Source: Giesbergeria sp. (GTDB taxonomy: Bacteria > Pseudomonadota > Gammaproteobacteria > Burkholderiales > Burkholderiaceae_C). From it: a stretch of DNA of 64,000 bases. Location: positions 21,041 through 85,040 of the forward strand of contig JAGNYI010000005.1 in the NCBI GenBank assembly GCA_017985015.1, read 5' to 3'. The notes under the pieces were generated by a model. That model made no database searches. It saw only the letters and a list, made by a program, of their open reading frames with translations, and was not told the origin of the DNA. Numbering within the stretch: position 1 is the first letter of the stretch; each line of letters starts with the position of its first letter. The position numbers and the translations under genes were made by a program. Below are positions 10,029-25,622 of the stretch, one piece after another.

Positions 10029-10333
10029 TTCGTGGCGTCCTTCAGGATTTCCTTGGTCAACGTGTCGAACTCGCCGTTGGCGCGTCGCACATAGATGCCG
10101 GTGATGACAATGGTGAAGATGATCACCGCCAGTCCGATCGGAATGCCGAGTGAGGTGACCCCTTCGCCGATGGGCTGCGCGAGAAAGGATTTGTCAAACG
10201 CGATCAGCGCGATGTAGCCGTAGTAAACGACCAACATCAATAGGGTGAGCGTGACGCCCAGCCGGTTGCGTTTGTGCCTGAGGAGCGCGTACTTGGGATT
10301 GCGCTGGATCTTGTCTACGACGGGATCGGTCAT
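10025..10333 (-). CDS. yjcH: DUF485 inner membrane protein (YjcH-like)
   Basis: Two TM helices. Start [15 protein letters not shown] at 10333. Stop overlaps the actP start. Confidence 0.8.
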   Translation of the reverse strand: MTDPVVDKIQRNPKYALLRHKRNRLGVTLTLLMLVVYYGYIALIAFDKSFLAQPIGEGVTSLGIPIGLAVIIFTIVITGIYVRRANGEFDTLTKEILKDATK

Positions 10334-10638
10334 GTATTTTCCTGCTGTTGCTGCGCCGCACACCCGAAAGAGCGGGAGGGCGGCGGATTGTCAACAGACG
10401 GCCTGACCAAGTTCTTACGCGCAGAAACTCGCCACCAGTCGCATTGCTGCGATGCACCAAAGCAGTGCCTTCGGAACGGCGCGCGTTTCGCATGGTGGCG
10501 CCGAAACCTAGGGTTTGCCCGCGAATCGTCAGCGTCGCATCAGCGCCGCGCAAGCTCCTGTAAGGCTCGCATCAGTGCGGCGTCAGGCAAGTAAAAAACC
10601 GTGCGAAAAAATTTCTTTTGTAAAGATGGCGCTGGCGC

Positions 10639-11751
10639 TCAGCGCCGGAAATAGCCATCCGGTCCGATGATGGACAGATCGGAAAAATCCAGACCAGAGT
10701 GGTCTTCCGCGGTGTAGCTGAGCGTGAGACCGCCCAGGTCAAACTTTTTGAAAGTCTCCAGCGCGTTGTGCAGGCTGGCGCGCGTGGGGTTGGGCCCCGC
10801 GCGGCGCAGGCCCTCTACCAGCACCTTGGCGTTGGTATAGCCCTCGACCATGGCGGGCGTCAGTTCCACCTTGGCTTGCTGCGCCAAGGCCGTCGCCTCG
10901 CGCACCAGCGGAAAGGTGACGGCGCGCTCCGACGGGAAGACCTGCGTGACCACCACGCCGCGCGACGCGCTCCCCAGGGCCTTGACGAAGCCGCCGGAGG
11001 CGTTGTTGGACAAGGTGACGATCTGCCCGGTGACACCGGCGGCGCGCATGGCCTTGATGCCGTCCACCACGGCCGAGCCGGTACCGAAAATCAGCACGGC
11101 CTGCGGGTTCTGCTTGGCGACACTCGGCGCCAGGGTGCTGAAATCGGGTTGGGCGCGGTCAAATTTTTCAACGAACAAGGCGTCGAGCTTGTTGTCCTTG
11201 AAGCCCGCGAGTGCACCGGCCAGGGCGTCGGCGCCAAAGGTGTCGTCCACGTGGACCACCCCAATGCGCTGTACCCCAAGCGTGGCCAGATGGGTAATGG
11301 CTTTTTTCACCTCGCGCTGGTAGGGCGCACGGACATTGAAGATGTTTCTCTTCACGGGCTCGTGCAGCACCATGGCGCCGGTGGACGGGCCCACGAGCGG
11401 CACGCCGAATTCGTCCAGCAGTGGAATGATGCCCACGGTGTGCGGCGTGCCGCGCGTCATGAACAGCGCCAGAACGCCTTTGTCGACGATCAGCGTGCGC
11501 GCGTTGGAAAGCGTGAGTTTGGGATCGAATTTGTCGTCCAGGGTCAGCACTTCGATCTTCTGGCCGTTGACACCGCCGCGCGCATTCACGGCGTCGAAGT
11601 AGAGCTGCGCCCCGCCCATCGATTCCTTGACGGTGGCCGCGGCCGAGCCGCTCACGCCCACCGTCTGCCCAATGAGCAACTGGGCGTGCGCCCCAGGCAA
11701 GAGGCCGGCGAGCAAGACGCTTGCCGCGATAAGAAATTTCCATGCATTCAT
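10639..11751 (-). CDS. ABC transporter periplasmic substrate-binding protein, branched-chain amino acid (LivK/type I PBP) family
   Basis: Signal peptide MNAWKFLIAASVLLAGLLPGAHAQ. Type I PBP pattern. No permease genes adjacent. Confidence 0.8.
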   Translation of the reverse strand: MNAWKFLIAASVLLAGLLPGAHAQLLIGQTVGVSGSAAATVKESMGGAQLYFDAVNARGGVNGQKIEVLTLDDKFDPKLTLSNARTLIVDKGVLALFMTRGTPHTVGIIPLLDEFGVPLVGPSTGAMVLHEPVKRNIFNVRAPYQREVKKAITHLATLGVQRIGVVHVDDTFGADALAGALAGFKDNKLDALFVEKFDRAQPDFSTLAPSVAKQNPQAVLIFGTGSAVVDGIKAMRAAGVTGQIVTLSNNASGGFVKALGSASRGVVVTQVFPSERAVTFPLVREATALAQQAKVELTPAMVEGYTNAKVLVEGLRRAGPNPTRASLHNALETFKKFDLGGLTLSYTAEDHSGLDFSDLSIIGPDGYFRR

Positions 11752-11945
11752 GTCGGATCCTTGGCTGAGAAAGATGCAGTGGGCGGCAGTCCCATAAGGC
11801 AGCGGCCAAAACCGTAGGCATTGTGAAAGTTTGCCGTAAACTTTTGTAAAAAGCATGTCAGACTAATGTCAGTAGCGCGTTCGATAGTACGTGTACAGGC
11901 GGGGCTTAACATGCCTGTTGTTCAAAAACCAGGAGGAGACAATTC

Positions 11946-13607
11946 ATGGCAACCCAACATCCCGCCGCGAGGCCGATGAGCGCCGAACAGAGGAAAGTGA
12001 TCTTCGCTTCCTCGCTCGGCACCGTTTTCGAGTGGTACGACTTCTATCTGTACGGATCGCTTGCCGCGATCATTGCCAAGCAATTCTTTAGCGGGCTTGA
12101 TCCGAGCTCGGCCTTCATTTTCGCGCTGCTGGCTTTTGCCGCCGGCTTCATCGTGCGGCCTTTTGGGGCGCTGGTGTTTGGCCGCCTGGGCGACATGATA
12201 GGACGCAAATACACCTTTCTGATCACCATCCTGATCATGGGCGCCTCGACCTTCATCGTCGGCATCCTGCCCAACTACGCCAGCATCGGCGTGGCCGCCC
12301 CGGTCATCCTGATCGGCCTGCGCATGCTGCAAGGCCTGGCGCTTGGCGGTGAATATGGCGGCGCGGCCACCTACGTGGCCGAGCACGCGCCGCAGGGCAA
12401 ACGCGGTGCCTACACCTCGTGGATCCAGACCACCGCCACGCTGGGCCTGTTCCTGTCGCTGTTGGTGATTCTGGGCACGCGCACGGCGATGGGAGAGCCC
12501 GCCTTCAATGATTGGGGCTGGCGCATTCCCTTCCTGGTGTCCATCCTGCTGCTCGCCGTTTCGGTGTGGATCCGCCTCTCGCTGTCCGAATCGCCCGCGT
12601 TCCAGAAAATGAAGTCCGAGGGCAGGACCTCCAAGGCCCCGCTGACGGAATCTTTCGGCCAGTGGAAGAACCTCAAGATCGTGATCCTGGCACTGATTGG
12701 CCTCACCGCCGGCCAGGCCGTGGTCTGGTACACCGGCCAGTTCTACGCGCTGTTCTTCCTCACGCAGCAGCTCAAGGTCGATCCCATCACCGCCAACCTG
12801 ATGATCGCCGCTTCGCTGCTGATCGGCACGCCCTTCTTCGTGGTCTTCGGCACGCTGTCCGACAAGATCGGCCGCAAGCCCATCATTCTGGCCGGTTGCT
12901 TTCTGGCTGCCGTGACCTACTTTCCGGTGTTCAAGGCGCTGACCGAAGCGGCCAACCCCGACCTGGCCCGCGCCCAAGCCGCCAACAAGGTGGTGGTGAT
13001 CGCCGACCCGGCCGAGTGCTCCTTCCAGTTCAACCCCACGGGCACGGCGAAGTTCACCAGTTCCTGCGACATCGCCAAGCAGGTGCTGGCCGCTGGCTCG
13101 GTGAGCTATGACTCGCAGGATGCTCCTGCCGGAACGCCTGCGGTCATCACCATCGGCAGCGAAACCATCCCCAGCTACAGCTCCAGGGGCCTGCCGGCCG
13201 ACGAGGCCAAGACCAAGGACGCAGCGTTCAAGAAGGCAGTGGCGGACACGCTCAAGAAGGACGGGTACCCGACCAAGGCCGATCCGGCCAAGATGGACAA
13301 GGTGATGATCATCGCCATCCTGTCCTATCTGGTGCTCCTGGTGACCATGGTCTACGGTCCGATTGCCGCCATGCTGGTGGAACTGTTCCCCACGCGCATC
13401 CGCTACACCTCCATGAGCTTGCCGTACCACATCGGCAACGGCTGGTTCGGCGGCCTGCTGCCGACCACGGCTTTTGCCATCGTGGCGCAGACCGGTAACA
13501 TGTACAACGGGCTGTGGTACCCGATTGTCATCGCCGCTGCCACGGTGGTCATTGGCGGCCTGTTCATCAGGGAAACCAAGGACGTGGACATTTACGCCAA
13601 CGACTGA
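11946..13607 (+). CDS. MFS transporter, metabolite:H+ symporter (MHS) family, with a large hydrophilic insertion
   Basis: GTVFEWYDFYLYG and GRLGDMIGRK motifs. AGGAGG RBS at 11931-11936. Confidence 0.85.
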   Translation: MATQHPAARPMSAEQRKVIFASSLGTVFEWYDFYLYGSLAAIIAKQFFSGLDPSSAFIFALLAFAAGFIVRPFGALVFGRLGDMIGRKYTFLITILIMGASTFIVGILPNYASIGVAAPVILIGLRMLQGLALGGEYGGAATYVAEHAPQGKRGAYTSWIQTTATLGLFLSLLVILGTRTAMGEPAFNDWGWRIPFLVSILLLAVSVWIRLSLSESPAFQKMKSEGRTSKAPLTESFGQWKNLKIVILALIGLTAGQAVVWYTGQFYALFFLTQQLKVDPITANLMIAASLLIGTPFFVVFGTLSDKIGRKPIILAGCFLAAVTYFPVFKALTEAANPDLARAQAANKVVVIADPAECSFQFNPTGTAKFTSSCDIAKQVLAAGSVSYDSQDAPAGTPAVITIGSETIPSYSSRGLPADEAKTKDAAFKKAVADTLKKDGYPTKADPAKMDKVMIIAILSYLVLLVTMVYGPIAAMLVELFPTRIRYTSMSLPYHIGNGWFGGLLPTTAFAIVAQTGNMYNGLWYPIVIAAATVVIGGLFIRETKDVDIYAND

Positions 13608-13660
13608 TCCCGCTGCGGCGCGCACGGCCTGCTGCTCCTTGGGGCGGCAGGCCCGCAACA

Positions 13661-13686
13661 GGCCCCGCAAGGGGCCTTTTTCTTTC
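13661..13686 (+). terminator. rho-independent terminator of the MFS gene
   Basis: GGCCCCgcaaGGGGCC followed by TTTTTCTTTC. Confidence 0.6.
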
Positions 13687-13724
13687 AAGGACAAGGCCTG
13701 GTGTGTGCAGTCCCACTGATACGT

Positions 13725-14217
13725 GAGCAACCACGTCGCGCAGCTTGTCCACGAAGAACGGATCATTGGACAGCTTGAAGCCCTCGGTGCGATGTGGCTG
13801 CAGGCCAAAGAGCTGGAAGTAGCGCTGCACGCTGGTCTTGGAGATACCCGTCTCTGCGGCAACGCCGCGTACGCTCCAGTGCGTCGAGCCATTTGCCGGC
13901 TTGGTGTGCAGCGTCGTGTCAAACAACTGCGCGATCCGCTCATCGTCAATAGTGCGCGGCGCGCCGGGGCGAATGCCATCGTAGAGACCGGCGATGCGCC
14001 GCTCGATGAAACGCGAGCGCCACTTGCCCACCGTGGCCTTGGTCAGCTTCAGTCGCGCGGCGATCGCACTATTGAGCTCGCCATCGGCGCTGCAAAGAAC
14101 AATGCGCGCCCGGCTGCTCAATGCCGCTGGCAACGAGCGGTTGCGCGCCAACGACTGCAACTGGGATCGCTCCTCGTCGCTCAACGCCAATTGAGCTTTT
14201 GGTCTGCCTGTTCTCAT
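13725..14217 (-). pseudogene. IS630-family transposase remnant (N-terminal HTH part only)
   Basis: MRTGRPKAQLALSDEERSQLQSL...KATVGKWRSRFIERRIAGLYD...STHWSVRGVA...SVQRYF...FFVDKLRDVV. Similarity then stops, and the DDE catalytic domain is absent. Confidence 0.7.
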
Positions 14218-14468
14218 CAAGGTATCTTCATTCCAAAGATACCGCATTGGCATGCAAAACCAATGCCAGCTATCTGTGGAACAGGACACCAGATGGGTGA
14301 TCGCGCCTGGGCCGAACGGATGATTTTTGTCTTGCGCAAGGGCGGCGGCATGGGCCCGCGCCGCAGCCGCCGCGGCGGCTAGCCGGTAGAGCTGCCGGGC
14401 AAGCCCTAATAGGTCCAGGACGTAAATGGATGTAATGTGAATGGCATGAAATCTGATCGGGCCCACGC

Positions 14469-14936
14469 ATGAAGTACACCAAAACCGAGCTGGGGCAGCA
14501 AGCGTTCAAACAGCGCTCCACCTCCATCACGGCGCGGCAGCGTTCCCTGTTCATCCTGTTCGACGGGCAGAAGACGGCGGACCAGGTGCTGGCGGCGACG
14601 GCGGGCCTGGGCGCCACGCTGGCCGATGTGCACGCGCTGGTGGACCTGGGTTATCTGGCCCCGGTGGCGCAGGTGCCCCGCACGCCTGCAACCGATGGGC
14701 AAGCCGCCACGGGCGTCGCCCCGGCGCTGAGCGGACACAGCGACCAACAGCGCTACCTGGAAGGCAAGGCGCTGGCCACGCAGATCACGGCTCAGCTGGG
14801 TTTGCGCGGCTTTCGGCTCAATCTCTCGATTGAATCCGCCGCCAACCTCAAGGAGCTGATCGAGCTATTGCCCAAGATCCAGGCCGCTGCCGGGGCCGAC
14901 CACTGCAAGGAACTAGAAGCCGCCCTGCGCGGCTGA
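14469..14936 (+). CDS. hypothetical protein
   Basis: 155-aa ORF with normal codon usage. No recognised motif. Confidence 0.4.
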   Translation: MKYTKTELGQQAFKQRSTSITARQRSLFILFDGQKTADQVLAATAGLGATLADVHALVDLGYLAPVAQVPRTPATDGQAATGVAPALSGHSDQQRYLEGKALATQITAQLGLRGFRLNLSIESAANLKELIELLPKIQAAAGADHCKELEAALRG

Positions 14937-15066
14937 GCGCGCAGCCACGGGGCGGCGCAACGGCGCAGACCGAAGGCGCATGGGCCAACAGGGGCATGTT
15001 TCCCCGGCCGGTGCGGCCCAGCCGATATTTCTAGAATGTGGGGCCCTCATTTCCTGATTGCTCTAC

Positions 15067-21435
<6,369 letters not shown>

Positions 21436-21565
21436 AGCGGCGGCGGTGTCCTACGGCCGACGGCGCAGAGAACGCACAAACATCTTTGGGGGGCACTTTT
21501 AGCATGGGGCATGCGCGGCGGAACTCTCGGCCGCAGTCCTTTCACACTTTCCTTTGGAGTCCCCC

Positions 21566-22066
21566 ATGCCTGCTTCCCGCCTTCTTTGCGCCGCCGCCGC
21601 GGCCAGCGCACTTCTTCTGACCGCCTGTGGCGGTGGCAGCGACGAAGATCCGATTCCGAGCAACAAGGCAGGCGTTCTGACCGTCAGCCAGGCCACGGTG
21701 AGCGGGCTGAACGGCGTTTACGGTGATGGCACGATCAACCTGACCGACGTCGAGCGCAAGAATCCCATTGGCTCCGTCCCCGAACTGTGTTCGTTCAAGT
21801 TCGATGGCGCAAAGAAAGTTGGCTCGGGGGCTGAGGCGTTCGGGGATGTGCGCTACGAAAGCGGCGGGGATGCGCTGTATATCATTTACCTCACCTTTGA
21901 CGGCAAGGAATACACGAGCAACGAGACCACCGATACGGCGGTTCGACGCGATCTTGATCAGGTGTTCCTGAACGGAAAAATCCTGCGCGCCACCGACGAC
22001 TCGGGCGCTACCGTCAAGGTCAACGCAGTGATTCCCATGCGCGGCAGCCGTCCGGCTGGCTGTTAG
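21566..22066 (+). CDS. hypothetical lipoprotein
   Basis: Lipobox LLLTAC after MPASRLLCAAAAASA. GGAG RBS at 21556. Confidence 0.55.
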   Translation: MPASRLLCAAAAASALLLTACGGGSDEDPIPSNKAGVLTVSQATVSGLNGVYGDGTINLTDVERKNPIGSVPELCSFKFDGAKKVGSGAEAFGDVRYESGGDALYIIYLTFDGKEYTSNETTDTAVRRDLDQVFLNGKILRATDDSGATVKVNAVIPMRGSRPAGC

Positions 22067-22085
22067 AACCCCGCGCCCTGCGCAA

Positions 22086-22119
22086 CCCCGGCTGCCCACG
22101 GGCAGGCCGGGGTTTTTTT
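22086..22119 (+). terminator. rho-independent terminator
   Basis: CCCCGGCTGCCcacgGGCAGGCCGGGG followed by TTTTTTT. Confidence 0.7.
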
Positions 22120-22237
22120 GTGCCCGGGCGCAAAGCCGCCGCGCCGCGCGGGGCAGTAAGGGCGGGGTAAGTGGCTGGGCCACAATGGGAGACTCCGCGC
22201 GCCTGCCGTGCGTTGCCGCCCTTGAACGGAGATTGCC

Positions 22238-22486
22238 GTGAGCAACACGCTGCGTTCCCAGCGCCTCGGCGCCTTGTTTGCCGCAGGCTGGCTGCTGCTG
22301 AACTTTCCGCTGCTGGGTTTGTGGGACAGTGACCTGACCGTGCTTGGGATTCCGCTGTTTCCGCTGGCGCTGTTTGCGATCTGGGGAGGCACGATTGCCA
22401 CCGTCGCCTGGTGGATGGAGTCGCGCCCGGCGCTTGAAACGCCGGCAACTTCCTTGCCCGAGCCAGCGCCGCAGGCGCGGGAATGA
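22238..22486 (+). CDS. small two-TM membrane protein translationally coupled to the SLC5-domain kinase
   Basis: GTG start with a GGAG RBS. Two hydrophobic helices. Stop overlaps the kinase ATG (ATGA). Confidence 0.5.
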   Translation: MSNTLRSQRLGALFAAGWLLLNFPLLGLWDSDLTVLGIPLFPLALFAIWGGTIATVAWWMESRPALETPATSLPEPAPQARE

Positions 22487-25245
22487 CCGCCATGCTGCCA
22501 GCGCCGCTCGTCATCGGCACCTCGCTGGCCTATCTGCTGCTGCTCGTCGGCGTCGCTTATTGGGCCGACCGCCGGGCTGCGGCGCGCCGCTCAGTCATCG
22601 CCAGGCCCTGGGTGTACGCGCTGTCGATGGCGGTGTACTGCACCGCCTGGACCTACTTTGGCAGCGTCGAGCGCGCGGCCACAGGTGGCATGTGGTTCCT
22701 GCCCATCTACCTGGGGCCCACGCTGGCCATGGTGCTGGGCTGGACGGTGCTGCGCAAGATGATTCGCATTGCCAAGACGCACCGCATCACCTCGATTGCC
22801 GACTTCATCGCCAGCCGCTATGGCAAAAGCCAGTTGCTCGCCACGCTGGTGACGCTGGTGGCCGTGGTGGGCATCGTTCCCTACATTGCACTGCAGCTCA
22901 AGGCCGTGTCCTCGGGCTATGCACTGCTCACGTCCGGCAGCGCGGTGGCTCCAGCGCACCTGCACTGGAGCCAGGACAGCGCCTTTTACGTCGCCATCGC
23001 CCTGGCCGGTTTCGCCATCGTGTTTGGCGCGCGCCACCTCGATACCACCGAGCGCCACGAAGGCATGGTGGCGGCCATAGCCTTTGAGTCGCTGGTCAAG
23101 CTGGCCGCTTTTTTGTGCGTCGGCGTGTTTGTCGTCTACGGCCTGTTTGGTGGTCTGGGCGACATTTTTTCCCAGGCGCGGGCGCGGCCAGAGCTCGCGG
23201 ACCTGCTGCATGCCGAGCAGGGCGGGGCCTATTCCTGGGCGCGCTGGATGGGGCTGATGGTGCTGGCCTTGTGCGCCGCGCTGGTGCTGCCACGGCAGTT
23301 TCAGGTCATGGTGGTGGAGAACGTGCACGAAGACCATGTGCGCCGCGCGAGCTGGATGTTTCCGCTCTACCTCTTGCTGATCAACCTCTTCGTGCTGCCC
23401 ATTGCCCTGGGCGGCCTGCTGTATTTCAGTGGTGGCGAGCACAACCCCGAGCACTTCGTCCTCTCCCTGCCCATGGCCGCGGGGCAGAACGCGCTGGCCC
23501 TGTTTGTCTTCATTGGCGGGTTGTCCGCCGCCACCGGCATGGTGATCGTTGAGACGGTGGCGGTCTCCACCATGGTCAGCAACGAGCTGGCGCTGCCGCT
23601 GCTGCTGCGGCTTCGCCTGCTGGATGCCGCCCACCAGCCGAGCGATTTCACGCGCCCGCTGCTCATGATCCGACGCGCCGCCATCGTGGGCGTGCTGCTG
23701 CTGGGCTACGTGTATTTCCAACTGGCGGGGGATGCTTATGCGCTGGCAAGCATTGGCCTCATCAGCTTTGCCGCCGTGGCCCAGTTTGCCCCGGTACTGC
23801 TGGGCGGCATGTACTGGCGCGGCGGCACGCGCGCGGGCGCCCTGGCCGGACTGATCATGGGTTTTGGCGTGTGGGTCTACACACTCATGCTGCCGTCGAT
23901 TGCCAAGTCGGGCTGGCTGGACGCGGGTTTCCTCACGGCCGGGCCGTGGGGCATCGCCTGGCTGCGGCCCGAATCGCTGTGGGGCCTGCAGGGCCTCGAC
24001 AGCCTGACGCATTCGCTGTTCTGGAGCCTGCTGACCAACTGCGCGGCCTATGTGGTGGTGTCGCTCTGGCGCGCGCCGTCCGGCCGCGAAGCCAGCCAGG
24101 CGCTGCTGTTTGTCGACGTGTTTCGGCGCGGCACGGCGCAAACACCGGTGTTTTGGCGCGGGCGCGCCGACGCCGCCGAACTCAAGCGTCTTTGCGAGCG
24201 TTTTCTCGGCGTGGAAAAGACGGGTGAGCTCTGGCGTGGCTATGCCAAGCAGGCCGGCTTGCCCGCGGACCAGGCCCTGGTCCCGGACGCACGCCTGGTG
24301 CAGTTTGTCGAAGCGCAGCTGGCAGGGGCCGTGGGCAGCGCCTCGGCACGGGTGCTGGTGGCTTCGGTCTCTGACGAGGAGACGCTCTCGCAAGGCGACG
24401 TGCTGGTCATGTTGGAAGAGGCCTCGCAGCTGCGCAGCTACTCCCGTGCGCTCGAAACCAAGTCGCGCTCGCTGGAGCAGGCCACCAGCGAGCTGCGCAG
24501 CGCGAACGAGCAGCTCAAAAGCCTGGACCGTTTGAAGGACGATTTCATGTCGTCGGTGACCCATGAACTGCGCACACCGCTGACCTCGATACGCGCGCTG
24601 GCAGAAATTTTGCAGGGCGACGCAGAGGTGCCGCCGCAGCAGCGCCAGCGCTTTGTTGACATCATCGTGCAGGAGACCGAGCGCCTTACCCGGCTGGTCA
24701 ATCAGGTGCTCGACATGGCCAAGATCGAGTCCGGGCATATCGACTGGCGGTTGGCCGACATCGACGTGCGCGCACTGCTTGAAAAAGCCATGGCCACCAC
24801 GGCGGCGCTGCTGAGTGACCGGGGCGCCGAGATGGAGCTCGATGTGCCCCAGACCCTCCCGTTGCTGCACGCTGACCCGGACCGTTTGCTCCAGGTGCTG
24901 CTCAACCTCATCTCCAACGCCGCCAAGTTCGTGCCACCGCAGGGTGGGCACGTGCAACTGCGCGCACGCGCAGATGGGCAGGGCCTGACCGTGTGCGTGC
25001 AGGACAATGGTCCCGGTGTGCCTGCGGGCCACGAGCACCTCATCTTTGACCGCTTTCATCAAGCAGGTGGGCCCACGCCGGGCGGTCAGGGCACCGGTCT
25101 GGGCCTGCCGATCAGCCACCACATCGTGGCGCACTTTGGCGGCCGCCTGTGGCTGGAGCCGCCTGCCCCTGGCGCACCACCCGGTGCCTGTTTTTGCTTC
25201 TGGCTGCCCTGGCAGCCCGCCTTTTCTGGAGACACTGCCCCATGA
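22483..25245 (+). CDS. sensor histidine kinase with N-terminal sodium:solute symporter (SLC5/SSF) domain (CbrA/CrbS-like architecture, no receiver)
   Basis: About 500 aa of SSF-type TM domain. STAC-like linker (VQFVEAQLAGAVGSASARVLV). HisKA SVTHELRTPL. HATPase N, G1 and G2 boxes (NLISNAAKF, DNGPGV, GTGLGL). Confidence 0.85.
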   Translation: MTAMLPAPLVIGTSLAYLLLLVGVAYWADRRAAARRSVIARPWVYALSMAVYCTAWTYFGSVERAATGGMWFLPIYLGPTLAMVLGWTVLRKMIRIAKTHRITSIADFIASRYGKSQLLATLVTLVAVVGIVPYIALQLKAVSSGYALLTSGSAVAPAHLHWSQDSAFYVAIALAGFAIVFGARHLDTTERHEGMVAAIAFESLVKLAAFLCVGVFVVYGLFGGLGDIFSQARARPELADLLHAEQGGAYSWARWMGLMVLALCAALVLPRQFQVMVVENVHEDHVRRASWMFPLYLLLINLFVLPIALGGLLYFSGGEHNPEHFVLSLPMAAGQNALALFVFIGGLSAATGMVIVETVAVSTMVSNELALPLLLRLRLLDAAHQPSDFTRPLLMIRRAAIVGVLLLGYVYFQLAGDAYALASIGLISFAAVAQFAPVLLGGMYWRGGTRAGALAGLIMGFGVWVYTLMLPSIAKSGWLDAGFLTAGPWGIAWLRPESLWGLQGLDSLTHSLFWSLLTNCAAYVVVSLWRAPSGREASQALLFVDVFRRGTAQTPVFWRGRADAAELKRLCERFLGVEKTGELWRGYAKQAGLPADQALVPDARLVQFVEAQLAGAVGSASARVLVASVSDEETLSQGDVLVMLEEASQLRSYSRALETKSRSLEQATSELRSANEQLKSLDRLKDDFMSSVTHELRTPLTSIRALAEILQGDAEVPPQQRQRFVDIIVQETERLTRLVNQVLDMAKIESGHIDWRLADIDVRALLEKAMATTAALLSDRGAEMELDVPQTLPLLHADPDRLLQVLLNLISNAAKFVPPQGGHVQLRARADGQGLTVCVQDNGPGVPAGHEHLIFDRFHQAGGPTPGGQGTGLGLPISHHIVAHFGGRLWLEPPAPGAPPGACFCFWLPWQPAFSGDTAP

Positions 25246-25622
25246 CCCAAAAGAAGATTTTGATTGCCGACGACGAACCCAACATCGTGGTGTCGCTTGA
25301 ATACCTGCTGCAGCGCGAGGGCTACGCGGTAAGCATTGCGCGCGACGGTCAGCAGGCGTTGGACGCCATCGCCCGCGAGGCGCCGGATCTGGTGCTGCTC
25401 GATGTGATGATGCCCATCAAATCGGGCTTCGAGGTGTGTGCCAGCGTGCGGGGCGACGCCGCGCTGGCGCACACGCGCATCCTCATGCTCAGCGCCAAGG
25501 GACGCGATACCGATCTGGCCAAAGGCATGGCTCTGGGCGCGGACGACTACATGACCAAGCCCTTTGCCACGCGTGAACTGGTGGCGCGCGTGGCCGAGAT
25601 GCTGGCCAAGGACCGCCCATGA
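25242..25622 (+). CDS. single-domain response regulator (receiver only)
   Basis: KILIADDEPNIV...DLVLLDVMMP...ILMLSAKG...DYMTKPF. ATGA overlaps on both sides. Confidence 0.85.
   Translation: MTQKKILIADDEPNIVVSLEYLLQREGYAVSIARDGQQALDAIAREAPDLVLLDVMMPIKSGFEVCASVRGDAALAHTRILMLSAKGRDTDLAKGMALGADDYMTKPFATRELVARVAEMLAKDRP

Noticed and set aside
10452-10470. Sigma-54 type promoter (GGCAC-N5-TGGTGCA on the minus strand) upstream of yjcH-actP
   Set aside because: The -12 element and spacing do not fit TGGCAC-N5-TTGC. No NtrC-type activator is encoded with the SLC5 kinase here.
15040-15066. LexA/SOS box upstream of the UvrA-like gene
   Set aside because: CTGATTGCTCTACATG does not match CTGT-N8-ACAG. 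No convincing SOS operator was seen.
22591-25134. 847-aa minus-strand ORF antisense to the SLC5-domain kinase
   Set aside because: Low-complexity Arg/Gln/His-rich translation. The + strand has SSF, HisKA and HATPase motifs.
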